A stretch of 64,000 bases of DNA from Squalus acanthias. Taxonomy: Eukaryota. The translations under genes and the position numbers were made by a program. The stretch is taken from assembly GCA_030390025.1 (NCBI GenBank), contig JASTWF010000034.1:3720001-3784000 (forward strand), written 5' to 3'. This document shows positions 1 through 13,222 of the stretch, in pieces. How positions within the stretch are numbered: the stretch's first letter is position 1; each line of letters opens with the position of its first letter. Under the pieces are notes generated by a model, which searched no databases, was not told the origin of the DNA, and worked only from the letters and a program-made list of their open reading frames with translations.

Positions 1-38
1 GCTGCATTGTGTCTGGATGTAACCGCCCAGAACACTTG

Positions 39-802
39 GGCCCAGAAATTCCTGTCGCAGGCTTCCCGCGGGCGCAAGCCCCCGACCTGCACATAAGAAG
101 CGCGCCTACCGTTATGCTCCCGGATCGCGCAGAATTCCGTTCCTGTGTCTGCTCCATCTGCCGGTGTGCAGGGCACGCGTAGCCCAGGGGCGCAGCTAGT
201 TCGCAGCGTCCCTGGGATCACGTGGGCCATGGGGAGCCAATCGGAGCAGGGAATCTCCATTGGTAGATTTGACAGGAAGACTTGTCAAATCTATGAATAG
301 AGATCGGCCCCAGAACCTAAGTAAAACTTCAAATATTTTTTTTTTAAAAACATCATATTTTTAAAATAGCTATAAATTGCATAAATTAACTACTTCTAGC
401 AAAAATTTACATTTTTGAAAAAAATAATTTAATTTTTTAACGGGGCTAAAAATAAACTTACCTTTCTTTAATGTATTTTAAAGTGATAAACCTGTGGGAA
501 AAATGTTTCACTTTTACTTTCTCCACCTCTTACCTTGTTAAAAGCAGGCCTTGCACCTGCTTTTTCCAAGCGCAGCTACTAGGGATTTACCCGCACTGCA
601 TCAACTGAGAAAAAAACGGATGTTCGATGCCAATGCTCTGCCTCACCGGCGCACGCTGTTGACCAGCCAACCCCTTCCTTCAAGAGAACGGAAGTTTCGG
701 TTTCCAGCGCGTGTGCAGTGCATGCGCGAACCCGGCACTTTGTTGGCCCTACGGGTGAGTACACAGCGCGTACTCACCCGTAGGGAACGGAATTTCAGGG
801 CC
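39..802. mobile_element. Non-autonomous DNA transposon (MITE-like, probably PIF/Harbinger)
   Basis: Terminal inverted repeats ggcccagaaattcc (39-52) and ggaatttcagggcc (789-802) match 13/14. Flanked by a 3-bp direct repeat ttg (36-38, 803-805). No credible ORF. Confidence 0.65.
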
Positions 803-995
803 TTGGTGTTCAGAAGCTGAGTGCTGCAGTGGAGTCAGACACTGACTGTTTGTATCACTGATATTCATTGCGGGTTTTCTCAATGATCATTAATTGAGAG
901 ATTAAATTGCTCACTTTGGTATATTCTACCTCACCTGTTATAGATACTTTCTATAAGATTTACTTTTTCTTTCTACACGCAAGTACTTAGTCATA

Positions 996-1598
996 GGGGG
1001 AAAAATGTGGTTGCTTTGCGCCTCCCGTTAGCACCCTCGCAAAGCAACTAGCGCCCGGGCGCGGTGATATTTGCGCCGCTCGCGAAATTGGCCAGACATT
1101 TTGTGGTGGCATTGAACACTACTACCACTATCTCCTGCGCCCGCAGATCATGTCGTCTGTCGAGCGTGCAATGCCCCAGTAGTGCCCCGACCGGATATTG
1201 AGTGGCGCCCCCTGCGTTTCCGCCAGCCGCTAGCAACGCCAGGTCGAGGGGAATGTTTTGCAGTCGGGAAGGGTCTGGGGGAGCTCTATTTAAAGGCTTT
1301 TTTGTCGCCGACATTTTTGCACCACGCATTCTAAGAGAGAGAGTGAGACTTCTGGAGAGATTCAACGCTGTTTGAAGGAGTTTTGGGTACTGAGCAGCAC
1401 TTTGAAGGTTCATTTTGAGTTGACCTTCCTTGCATCGATTTAGAAGAGATTATGGGGGCCTTTCTCTGAGGTCTTTCCCTGGGCCTCTCCATTGTTCTTT
1501 CCAGCAGACTGAGCTACACATTACATCCCAGTCAAGAAATCTCTCAGTATCAGACAGAGATACATTATCAACTCCATTAGTGCAGACCGATCGGCACA
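996..1598. mobile_element. Probable DNA-transposon terminal fragment, cut by the adjacent LINE
   Basis: CpG-rich block beginning ggggg-aaaaatgtgg. Similar in character to the GC-rich subterminal regions of the other Harbinger-like pieces here. No partner TIR found. Confidence 0.3.
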
Positions 1599-4500
1599 TT
1601 TTTGTTTGTTTATGGGATTTTGGCGTCGCTGACAAGGCCAGCATGTATTTCCCATCTCCAGTTGTCCTTGAGAAGGTGGTGGTGAGCCGCCTCCTTGAAC
1701 CGCTGCAGTCCGTGTGGTGAAGGTACTTCCACAATGCTTTTAGGTAGGGAGTTCCAGGATATTGACCCAGCGACGATGAAGGATCGGCGATATACATCTC
1801 AGTCTGTATGATGTGTGACGTGGAGGGGAACTTGGAGGAAGTGATGTTCCCATACGCCTGCTGCCCTTGTCCTTCTAGGTGGAAGAGGTCGTGAATTTTT
1901 GAGGTGCTACCGAAGAAGCCTTGGCGAGTTGCTGCAGTGCATCTTGTAGATGGTACACTCTGCAGCCACGGTACGCTGGTGGTGGAGGGAGTGAATGTTT
2001 AAGGTGGTGGATGGGGTGCCAATCAAGCGGGCTGCTTTGTCCTGGATGGTGTCGAGCTTCTTGAGTGTTATTGGAGCTGCACTTATCCAGGCAAGAGGAG
2101 AGTATTCCATCACAATCGTTTACCTGTCCCTTGTAGATGGTGGAAAGGCTTTGGGGAGTCAGGAGGTGAGACACTCGCCGCAGAATACCAAGCCTCTGAC
2201 TTGTTCTTGTTGCCACAGTATGTCTGTGGCTGGTCCAGTTAGGTTTCTGGTCAATGGTGACACCCAGGATGTTGATGGTGGGGAATTCGGCGATGGTAAT
2301 GCCGTTGAATGTCAAGGGGCGGTGGTTAGACTCTCGCTTGTTGGAGATAGTCATTGCCTGGCACTTCTGTGGCGCGCAGGTTACTTGCCACTTATCAGCC
2401 CAATCCTGAACATCGTCCAGGTCCTGTTGCATGCGGGCATGGACTGCTTCATTATCTGAGGAGTTGTGAATGGCACTGAACACTGTGCAGTCATCAGCGA
2501 TCATCCCAATTTCTGACCTTATGTTGGAGGGAAGGTCATTGATGAAGCAGCTGAAGATGGTTGGGCCTAGGACATTGCCCTGAGGAACTCCTGCAGCGAT
2601 GTCCTGGGGCTGTGCTGATTGACATTCAACCACCACAACCATCTTCCTTTGTTCTAGGTATGATTCAGCCAGTGGAGAGTTTCCCCCCCGATTCGCATTG
2701 ACTTCAGTTTTATTGGGGCTCCTTGATGCCAGACTCGGTCAAATGCTGCCTTGATATCAGGGGCAGTCAATCTCACCTCACCTCTGGAATTCAGCTCCTC
2801 TGTCCATGTTTGGACCAAGGCTGTAATGAGGTCGGGAGCCGAGTGGTCCTGGTGCAACTCAAACTGGGCATCAGTGAGCAGGTTATTGGTGAGTAAGTGC
2901 CACTTGATAGCACTGTTGATGACACCTTTAATCATTTTGCTGATGATTGAGAGTAGACTGATGGGGCGGTAATTGGCCAGACTGGATTTGACCGGCTTTT
3001 TGTGGTCAGGAAATTCCTGAGCAGTTTCCACATTGTCGGATACATGCCAGTGGTGTAGCTGTTCTGGAAAAGCTTGGCGAGAGGCGCGGATTGTTCTGGA
3101 GCATAAGTCTTCAGCACGATAGCCGGCATGTTGTCGGGGCCCATAGCCTTTGCAGTATCCAGTGCGCTCAGCCGTTTCTTGATATCACGTGGAGTGAATC
3201 GAATTGGCTGAAGACTGGTTTCTGTGATGGTGGGGACTGCAGGTGTAGGCCGATTTGGATCATCCACATGGCACTTCTGGCTGAAGATTGTTGCAAACGC
3301 TTCAGCCTTGTCTTTTGCACTCACGTGCGGGGAACCACCATCATTGAGTCTGGGATATTCATGGAACCGCCTCCTCCCGTTAGTTGTTTAATGGTCCACC
3401 ACCATTCACGACTGGATATGGCAGGACTGCAGAGCTTTGATCTGATCCGTTGATCGTGGGATCGCTTAGTGCTGCCCATTGCATGCTGCTTCCGCTTTTT
3501 AGTATGCATGTAGTCCTGTGTTGCAGCTTCCCCAGGTTGGCACCTCATTTTTAGGTACACCTGGTGCTGCTCCTGGAATGCTCTTCTTCACTCCTTATTG
3601 ATCCAGGGTTGGTCCACTGGCTTGATGGTAATGGTAGAGTGAGGGATATGCCGGGCCATGAGGTTTCAGGTTGTGGTGGAATACAATTCTGCTGCTGTTG
3701 ATGGCCCACATCGTCTCATGGATGCCCAGTTTTGAGCTGCTAGATCTGATCTGAATCTATTCCATTTATCACGGTGGTAGCGCCACACAACACAATGGAA
3801 GGTGTCCTCAGTGTGAAGATGGGACTTCGTCCCCACAATGACTGTGCAGTGGTCACTGCTACCAATTCTGTCATGGACAGATGCATTTGCGACAGGTAGA
3901 TTGGTGAGGACGAGGTGAAGTAGGTTTTTCCGTCGTGTTGGTTCTCTCACCACCTTTCACAGGCCCAGACTGGCAGCTATGTCATTCAAGACTCGGCCAG
4001 CTCGGTCAGTAGTTGTGCTACCGAGCCACTTTGAAGTCCCCCACCCAGAGTACATTCTGGTCCATTGATACGCTCAGTACTTCTTGCGAGTGGTGTTCAA
4101 CATGGAGGAGTACTGATTGATCAGCTGAGGGAAGGTGGTAGGTGATAATCAGCAGGAGGGTCCCTTGCCCATGCTTGATCTGAAGCCATGAGACTTCATG
4201 AGGATCGGAGTCAATGTTGAGGACTCCCAGGGCAACTCCTTCCCGACTGTATAACACTGTGCCTCCACCCCTGGTGGGTCTGTCCTGCCGCTGGGACAGG
4301 ACATATCTAGGGATGGTGATGGAGTACTTTGGGGCATTGGCTGAAAGGTATGATTCTGTGAGTATGACTTTGTCAGGCTGATGCTTGACTAGTCTGTGGG
4401 ACAGCTCACCCAATTTTGGCACAAGTGTTGTTGAGGAGGACTTTGCAGGGTAGACTGGGCTGGGTGTGCCATTGTCGTGACTGTAGCCGGTGCCGAGATC

Positions 4501-4660
4501 GATGCTGGGTGGTCCGCCCGGTTTTATTCTTCTTGTTTTTCTTGGTGCTTATTACAACTGAGTGGCTTGTTCGGCCATTGCAGAGGGCAGCTAAGAGTCA
4601 ACCACATTGCTGTGGGTCTGGAGTCACATAAGGGCCAGACACGGTAAGGATGGCAGATGG
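1599..4660 (-). mobile_element. Decayed non-LTR retrotransposon (APE endonuclease + RT, CR1/L2-group LINE)
   Basis: Broken minus-strand ORFs: APE-like (VILTESYL, LWVGDF, SSDH) and RT (NYRPISLLS, DIKAAFDRVWH, GVPQGNVLGP, IADD). A-rich 3' tail near 1599. Many frameshifts. Confidence 0.9.
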
Positions 4661-4669
4661 GTTTGTGTT

Positions 4670-5270
4670 ATGTCTGTGTTCCAGTGAGGTGTGTGGGGGA
4701 TATCAGTGTTCCTCTGAGTTGGTGCAGTATAGCGGAGTGTTACACTGATGGATTTGGTGTATATGCAGGTGGTACAGTGAGAGTGGGTGTGGGTCCTATC
4801 AGAGTGTTACAGTGAGGGGTTTGGGGTATATCAGCGTGTTACAATGAAGGGTGTGGGGTATATCAGAGTATACCGTAAGAGGTGTGTGGGGTATATCAGA
4901 GTGTTACAGTGAGGGGTGTGAGGTATATCAGTGTAACAGTGAGGTCTGTATCAGATTGTTACAGTGAGGGGTGTGTGGTGTATCACTCTCACAGTGAGGG
5001 GAGTGGGGTATATCAGTGTTACAGTGAGGGGTGTGGGGTATATCAGAGTGTTACAGTGAGGGGTGTGGGGTATATCAGTGTTACAGTGAGGGGTGTGGGG
5101 TATATCAGTGTTACAGTGAGGGGTGTGGGGTATATCAGTGTTACAGTGAGGGGTGTGGGGTATATCAGAGTGTTACAGTGACGGGAATGAGGTTTATCAG
5201 TGTTTTATAGTGATGGGTGTGTTGTATCAAAGTGTGTTACAATGAGGGATATGGGTTATCTCAGAGCGTT
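4670..5270 (+). repeat. 30-bp minisatellite (gtatatcagtgttacagtgaggggtgtggg)n, degenerate edges
   Basis: Direct tandem units, with some 32-bp variants. Confidence 0.9.
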
Positions 5271-7650
5271 ATGGTTAGGTGCCTAGGTTCCAAGGTAAAG
5301 GACATCACGGAGAGGGTGCAGAATATTCTGCAGCGAGAAGGGAGTGAGCGAGAAGTGGTGGAACACGTAGGTACGAACGACATAGAGAGGGCAGGTATTG
5401 ATTTCCTGCAGTCAGACTTTCAGGAGCTACGGAGGAAGTTAAAAAGAAGGACCTCAAAGGTGCTAATCTCTGGATTATTCCCAGTGCCAATCTCTGGATC
5501 ACTCCCAGTGCCACGCGCCAGCGAGAGTAGAAATAGGAAGATAGGGAGGATCAATGCGTGGCTTGAGGCATGGAGCAGGAGGAAGGGCTTCAGATTCTTG
5601 GGGCATTGGGACAAGTTCTGGGGCAGGAGGCAGCTATTCAAAAGGGACGAGTTGCACCTCAACAGGACTGGGACCAATGTCCTTTCGGGGAGGTTCACTA
5701 ATGTGGTTGGGGAGGGTTTAAACTAAATTGGCAGGGGGGTGGGCAACAGCATATAGAAGTAGAAAAGAGGAATAAGGTGAATAAAGGAGGGAGAGTGTTG
5801 GATAGTACTAGAGAAGGAAGTAGTGCCATATTACATAGGATCAGACTAAGAAGGATTACGAGGAATACAAAGACAGGTTTGGAATGCATGGACGTAAACA
5901 CACAAAGTGTGGTGAATAAGGTTGGTGAGCTACAAGCACAATTAGCTGTGTGGGAATATGATGTAGTGGCAATAAATGAAACGAGTCTTAAAATGGTGAG
6001 GACTGGGCTCTTAATATTCACGGATACAAGGTGTTCAGATAAGATAGGGAAGGAAAAATGGGAGGTGGGGTGGCAGTACTGATTAGGGAAGACATTTGTA
6101 GTGTTGGAAAGAGAGGATGTCCTTGAGGGGGCAAGGACAGAATCCATTAGAGTTGAGAGGCAAAAAGGGTATGATCACGCTATTGGGGGTATTCTATAGA
6201 CCTCCAAATAGTGAGAGGGACGTAGAGGAGCAAATCTGCTGGGAAATCACAGAGATGCGCAAGAACGATAGAGTGGTGATATTGGGGGACTTTAATTACC
6301 CAAATATAGATTGGGATAATTTTAGGGTAAAGAGAAAGGAGAGGGAAGAATTTCTGAAATGTGTTCAGGAGAACTTCCTTGACCCATATGTTCTCGGCCC
6401 AACTAGGAAGGAGGCATTGCTGGATCTGGTGCTGGGGAATGAGGTGGGCCAAGTGGAACAAGTGTTGTGGGAGAACACTTGGGTACGAGTGATCATCGTA
6501 TCATAAGGTTTAGATTAGTAATGGAGTAGAGCAAGGAACAATCTAAATTCGAACTTCTAAATTGGAAGAGGGTTAACTTCAATGGGATGAGAGGGGATCT
6601 AGTCAGTGTAAAATGGAACCAAAGATGGACAGGAAAAACTGTAACGGAACAATGGGTGATCTTTAAGGAGGGGATGTTGCAGGTACAAGCTAGGTACATT
6701 CCAACAAAAAGGCAATTTAGGGAACCAAAGCCAGGGCTCCTTGGATGACGGGGGAGAGGGAAAATATGATTAAACAAAAAAATGGTGCATGATGCATGTG
6801 AGAACCAGGCCAAATACAATAAGTTGAGAGGGGAAGTGAAGAGGAAAATAAGACTGGCAAATAGAGAATATGAGAATCGAATAGCAGTTAACATAAAAGG
6901 GAAACCAAAAATCTTCTCTCGGCATGTATATAGTAAGCGGGTAGTCAGAGGCGGGGTTTGGCCGATAAGGGACAAAGAAGATGATGTATTCTTAGCGCCG
7001 CAGGACAAGGCTAGAATACTTAATGAGTACTTTGTATCGGTGTTTACTAAGGAAGAGGATGCTGACAAAATATCGGTAGAAGCAGACATGGTAGAGTTAA
7101 TGGTTGGGGTGAAAATATATAGGCAGGACGTACTGGAAAGGCTGGATATGCTTAGAGTGGATAAGTCGCCTGGTCCGGATGGCTTGCATCCCAGTTTGCT
7201 AAGGGAAGTGAGGGTGGAGATAGCGGAAGGGCTTGCCATAATGTTCCAATCTTCCTTCGATGCGGAGGAGACGCCAAAGGATTGTAAAGTGGCAAATGTG
7301 ACACCATTGTTCAAGAAAGGGTGTAAGGACAGTCCTAGTAACTACAGGCCGGTCAGTTTAACATCAATGGTAGGTAAGGTTTTAGAAACAATAATCAGGG
7401 AAAGAAATAACGGGCACTTGAATAGGTTTTCGTTAATTAAGGAGAGCCAACACGGGTTTGTAAAAGGCAGGTCGTGTTTGACTAATCTAATTGAATGTTT
7501 TGATCCCGTAACAGAGTAGGTTGATGAAGGGAATGCAGTGGATGTTGTCAATATGGATTTTAAGAAAGCGTTTGACACAGAACTACATAAAAGGCTGGAT
7601 AACAAAATTGAGGCTCATGAAATAGGAGAGTCAATGTCAGCTTGGATAAG
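5271..7650 (+). mobile_element. Decayed CR1 LINE: ORF1 SGNH-esterase C-terminus plus ORF2 endonuclease and start of RT, 3'-truncated by a Penelope element
   Basis: HVGTNDI...DELHLNRTG (esterase), GVFYRPPN/ILGDFNYP (APE), KSPGPDGLHP/NYRPVSLTS/QHGFVKGRSCLTNL (RT). Stops and frameshifts present. Confidence 0.9.
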
Positions 7651-7651
7651 A

Positions 7652-9908
7652 ATGAGAAGTCGCACAACACCAGGTTATAGTCCAACAGTTTTATTTGAAA
7701 TCACAAGTTTTCGGAGCTTACGTGGCCCCTTCCTCAGGTGAAGTAAAGAAATACAGACTCGCCAAAGCATATATAGATAGAGAACAATGCATGTGTTACT
7801 TACAAAAGCAGACGACTACATTTAAATCAACCTGACTGTTTATCTGCCGAGGTGTGACAAAAGGCAATCAGGTCAGCCAGGAAAGTACCACATCAAAGAC
7901 ATAGCAAGATACAACTGAGACAATGAGGTGGAGCCACAGGGGGTCCAATGTGTCAAAAGCCGCAGTATGGGAAACGATAAACTTTAAAATTTTTACTTTT
8001 TTACTGGGAATCACATCTGTTAACAAGCCAACGACGACTCGAGTCTGGATCACGTCATGTATCGTGACATAAACCCAAGATCCCGGTTGAGGCCGTCCTC
8101 ATGAGTGCACAACTTGGCTATCAGTTTCTGCTCGATGATTTTGCGTTGTCGTGTGTTTTTAAGGCCGCCTTGGAGAACGCTTACCCGCAGATCCGAGGCT
8201 GAATGTCCTTGACTGCTGAAGTGTTCCTCGACTGGGAGGGAACACTCCTGCCTGGTGATTGTTGCGCGGTGTCCGTTTATACGTTGTCTCAGTGTCTGCA
8301 TGGTCTCGCCGATGTACCATGCCGCGGTGCATTCTTTCCTGCAACGTATGAGGTAGACAACGTTGGCCGAGTCACATGAGTATATACCATGTACCTGGTG
8401 GGTAGTGTCCTCACGTGTGATGATGGTATCTGTGTTGATGATCTGGCGTGTCTTGTAGAGGTTGCCGTAGCAGGGTTGTGTGGTGTCGTGGTCGCTGTTA
8501 TCCTGAAAGCTGGGTAATTTGCTGCGAACGATGGTACTTCTGAGGTTAGGCGGCTGTTTGAAGGCAAGTAGTGGAGGCGTGGGGATGGCCTTAGCGAGGT
8601 GTTCGTCGTCATCGATGACATGTTGGAGGCTGCGAAGAACATGGCATAGTTTCTCCACTCCGGGGAAGTACTGGACGACGTAGGGTCCCCTGTTGGTTGC
8701 GTCCCGTGTTTCCCTTCTGAGGAGGTCTATGCGATTTTTCGCTGTGGCCCGTCGGAACTGTCGATCGATGAGTCGAGCGTCATATCCCGTTCTTACGAGG
8801 GCGTTTTTCAGCGTCCGTAGGTGTCCATCGCGTTCCTCCTCGTCTGAGCAGATCCTGTGTATTCGCAGGGCTTGTCCATAGGGGATGGCTTTTTTAACGT
8901 GGTTAGGGTGGAAGCTGGAGAAGTGGAGCATCGTGAGGTTGTCCGTGGGCTTGCGGTAGAGTGAAGTGCTGAGGTGTCCGTCTTTGATGGAGATTCGTGT
9001 GTCCAGGAATGAAACCGATTCTGAGGAGTAGTCCATGGTGAGTTTGATGGTGGGATGGAACTTGTTTATGTTATCATGTAGTCTTTTCAGTGATCCTTCA
9101 CCATGGGTCCAAAGGAAGAAAATGTCGTCGATGTATCTGGTGTACAGCGTTGGCTGGAGGTGCTGTGCAGCGAAGAAGTCTTGCTCGAACTAGTGCATGA
9201 AGATGTTGGCGTATTGGGGTGCGAATTTGGTCCCCATGGCTGTTCCGTGTGTTTGGGTAAAAAAATGGTTGTCGAAGGTGAAGACATTGTGGTCAAGGAT
9301 GAAGCGGATGAGTTGTAGGATGGCGTCTGGAGATTGGCTGTTGTTGGTGTTGAGTACTGAGGCTGTCGCAGCGATGCCGTCATCGTGGGGGATACTGGTG
9401 TAGAGTGCCGATACGTCCATCGTGGCGAGGAGTGTTCCTGGTTCAACTGGTCCGTGGGTGCTGAGTTTCTGTAAGAAGTCTGTGGTGTCACGGCAGAAGC
9501 TGGGGGTTCCCTGTACGATGGGTTTCAGGATGCTTTCGACGTATCCAGAGAGGTTCTCACACAGGGTTCCGTTGCCTGATACGATAGGACGTCCGGGTGT
9601 GTTGGCTTTGTGTATCTTTGGGAGGCAGTAGAAGTCTCCCACGCGGGGAGTACGTGGGATGAGAGCGCGTAGGATGCTTTGAAGGTCTGGATCGAAGGTC
9701 TTGATCAGTCTATTGAGTTGGCGGGTGTGTTCTTTGGTCGGATCTGCGGGTAACTGTCTGTAGTGTTCCAGGTTGTCCAGTTGTCGGTATGCTTCTTTAC
9801 AATAGTCCATTCTGTTCTGTATGACGATGGCTCCTCCTTTGTCCGCTGGTTTGATGACGATGTTGCGGTTGGTCTTGAGAGCGTGCATGGCGTTGCGTTG
9901 TGATAGTA
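7652..9908 (-). mobile_element. Penelope-like retroelement, family A (RT + GIY-YIG), 5'-truncated, with a premature stop
   Basis: ORFs 9190-9966 (IKPADKGG, PKIHK, GRPIVS, MDVSALYTSI, GTAMG) and 8050-9036 (YRKPT, VVYLIRC...YIGET...RINGH, GLN). Hammerhead-bearing 3' end at 7652-7745. Confidence 0.92.
7701..7741 (-). ncRNA. Minimal type I hammerhead ribozyme motif of Penelope family A
   Basis: Minus strand reads tcac-CTGAGGA-a-ggggc(cacgtaa)gctcc-GAAA-actt-gtga. Core boxes, stem II and a tcac/gtga stem I are present. Stem III is not palindromic in this copy. Confidence 0.65.
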
Positions 9909-9909
9909 A

Positions 9910-10144
9910 GTCTGTGAGGTATAAAGTGTTATTGTGATGGTTGTGTAGTGTATCAGTGCTTTCCATTGAGAGGTGTGGGGGATATCAATATTGCACTGAG
10001 GGTTGTGGGGTATATCAGTGTTACTGTGAGGGGTGTGGGGTATATCAGTATTACATTGAGGGGTGTGAAGTATATCAGTGTGTTACAGTGAGGGGTGTGG
10101 GGTATATCCGTGTGTTACAGTGAGGGGTGTGGGGTATATCAGTG
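9910..10144 (+). repeat. 30-bp minisatellite running into the gap
   Basis: Tandem units of the same 30-mer. Confidence 0.9.
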
Positions 10145-10344
10145 NNNNNNNNNNNNNNNNNNNNNNNNNNNNNNNNNNNNNNNNNNNNNNNNNNNNNNNN
10201 NNNNNNNNNNNNNNNNNNNNNNNNNNNNNNNNNNNNNNNNNNNNNNNNNNNNNNNNNNNNNNNNNNNNNNNNNNNNNNNNNNNNNNNNNNNNNNNNNNNN
10301 NNNNNNNNNNNNNNNNNNNNNNNNNNNNNNNNNNNNNNNNNNNN
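10145..10344. other. Assembly gap (200 N)
   Basis: Run of n; true size and join orientation unknown. Confidence 0.99.
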
Positions 10345-11935
10345 TGATTAGTCTGTCTAGACCTGTCAGAATTTTATACACTTCTATGAGGTCCCCTCTC
10401 AATCTTCTAAACTCCAGTGTGTACATCCCTAAACTACATAGTCTCTCCTCATAGGTCAATCCCGCCATTCCTGGTATCAGCCTGGTGAATCGCCGCTGCA
10501 CCCCCTCCATGGCAAGAACATCTTTCCTCAGATGAGGCGACCAAAACTGTACACAGTACTCGAGGTGTGGTCTCACCAGTGCCCTGTACAGCTGCAGCAA
10601 GGTATCCCTGTTCTTGTATTCCAACCCTTTTGCTATGAAGGCCAGCATACCGTTTGCCTTCTTGACCGCCTGTTGCACCTGCATGCTCGCCTTCAGTGAC
10701 TGGTGTACAAGAACTCCCAGGTCTCTCTGTACTTCCCCCTCTCCCAATTTATTGCCATTTAAATAATAATTTGCCCTCCCGTTCCTGCACCCAAGGTGGA
10801 TAACTTCGCACTTGTCCACATTATAGTGCATCTGCCATTTATCCGCCCAATCACCCAGTCTGTCCAAATCGCTCTGGAGCTTCCTGGTCTCCTCCTCTGA
10901 GCCCACCCCCCCTCCTAGTTTAGTGTCGTCTGCAAATTTGGAAATGCTGCATCCGACTCCCTGATCCAGGTCATTAATGTAAATTGTGAACAGCTGGGGA
11001 CCCAGGACAGATCCCTGTGGTACCCCACTTGTTACTGCCTGCCATTCAGAAAATGAGCCGTTTATTCCAACTCTCTGTTTTCTATCTGACAGCCAGTTCT
11101 CTATCCACGTCAATACTTTCCCCTTTATCCCATGAGCTTCAATTTTCCCTGCTAATCTTTTATGTGGGACCTTATCGAAGGCCTTTTGGAAGTCCAGGTA
11201 CACCACATCTACTGGCTCTCCCCCATCTATTTTACCAGTTACTCCCCCTAAAAAATTCCAATAGATTAGTCAAGCACGATTTACCCTTTGTAAATCCATG
11301 TTGACTCTGTCCTGTCCTGTCCCCATTTGCTAAGTGCTCCGCTATTTCATCCTTAATGATGGACTCCAGCATTTTGCCCACAACTGATGTAAGGCTTACA
11401 GGTCTGTAATTACCTGCTTTTTCCCTACTCCCCTTTTTGAATAGTGGGGTAACGTTAGCTACCCTCCAATCCATGGGCACTGTTCCCGAGTCTAATGAAT
11501 TCTGAAAAATCATACTTAGTGCATCCGCTATCTCTAGGGCCACCTCCTTCAGCACCCTAGGATGCATGTTATCAGGCCCTGGGGATTTGTCCGCCTTCAA
11601 TCCCTTTAGCTTCCTTAACACCATATCCTTAGAGATATTGACTTGCGTCAGTTCCTCCTTTGCAAATGTCCCTATTTTTCCCGATATCCCAGGGAGGTTT
11701 TTTGTGTCTTCCTTCGTAAAGACTGACCCAAAGTATGCATTTAGTTGGTCTGCCATTTCTTTATTTCCCGTTATATATTCCCCCGTATCTGACTGCAATG
11801 GGCCAACTTTGGTTTTCACCAGTCTTTTCCTCTTGATATACTTATAAAAGCTTTTGGAGTTAGTTTTTACATTTTCCGCCAGCTTGCTTTCGTAAGCTAT
11901 TTTGCCCCTCTTGATTAAGCCCTTTGTCCTCCTTT
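10345..11935 (-). mobile_element. CR1 LINE RT fragment, relatively young (one frameshift near 11,230)
   Basis: ORFs 11232-11819 and 10345-11206 with YLDFQKAFDKVPH, GVPQGSVLGP, FADD and RPHLEYCVQFWSP. Confidence 0.93.
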
Positions 11936-12099
11936 ACTCCGTCCAACAGAGTTGCAACTGTTCGGAGGCCTATAGACTACGCCCACTAGTGTTTTTTCCC
12001 CTTATTATTCCTTAACTCCACCCAAACAGTTTCATTATCCTGATCTTTTGATCCAACATCATTTTTCTGTATTACAGTGATTCCTTCCTTTATTAACAT

Positions 12100-13222
12100 A
12101 GAGTGAAGGGGTATATCAGAGTGGTACAGAGAGGTGTGTGATGTATATCAGTGTGCTACAGTAAGGGATGTGTGGGGTATATCAGAGTGTTATAGTCAGG
12201 GGAGTGGGTTTACATCAAAGTGCTACAGTGAGGGGTGTGGGGTACATCAGGTTTATACAATGAGGGGTGTGGTGCATAACAGAGTGCTATAGTGAGGGGT
12301 GCGGGGTACATCACAGTAATACAATGAGCGGTGTTGGGTATAACAGTGTTACAGTGAGAGATGTGGTGTATAACAGAGTGTTACAATCAGGGGTGTGGGT
12401 TTATGTGAATGTTTTACATTGAGGGGTGTTGGGTATATCAGAGTGTTACAGTGAGGGGTATGGAGTATATCAGAGTGTGTTACAGTGAGGGGTGTGGGTT
12501 TTTTATCAGTGTTACAGTGAGGGGTGTGGGGTAAAACGGTGTGTTACAGTGAGGGGTATGGAGTATATCAGTGTTACAGTGAGGGGTGTGGAGTATATCA
12601 GAGTGTTACAGCGAGGGGTATGGAGTATATCAGAGAGTGTTACAGTGAGGGGTGTCGGGTATATCAGAGTAATACAGTGAGGGGTGTGGGTTTATATCAG
12701 AGTGTTACAGTGAGGGGTGTGGGCTATATCAGTGTTACAGTGAGGGGTGTCGGGTATATCAGTGTTACAGCGAGGGGTATGGAGTATATCTGTTACAGTG
12801 AGGGGTGTGGAGTATATCAGTGTTACAGTGAGGGGTGTGGAGTATATCAGAGTGTTAGTGAGGGGTATGGAGTATATCAGAGTCTTACAGCGAGGGGTAT
12901 GGAGTATATCAGAGTGTGTTACAGTGAGGGGTGTGGAGTATATCAGTGTTACAGTGAGGGGTGTGGAGTATATCAGAGTGAGTTACAGTGAGGGGTATGG
13001 AGTATATCAGTGTTACAGTGAGGGGTATGGAGTATATCAGTGTTACAGTGAGGGGTATGGAGTATATCAGAGTGTTACAGTGAGGGGTATGGAGTATATC
13101 AGAGAGTGTTACAGTGAGAGGTGTGGAGTATATCAGAGAGTGTTACAGTGAGGGGTATGGAGTATATCAGAGAGTGTTACAGTGATGGGCCTGAGGTAAA
13201 ATGGTGTGTTACAGTGAGAGGT
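12100..13222 (+). repeat. 30-bp minisatellite with 32/34-bp variants
   Basis: Tandem units, older and more degenerate on the left side. Confidence 0.9.
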
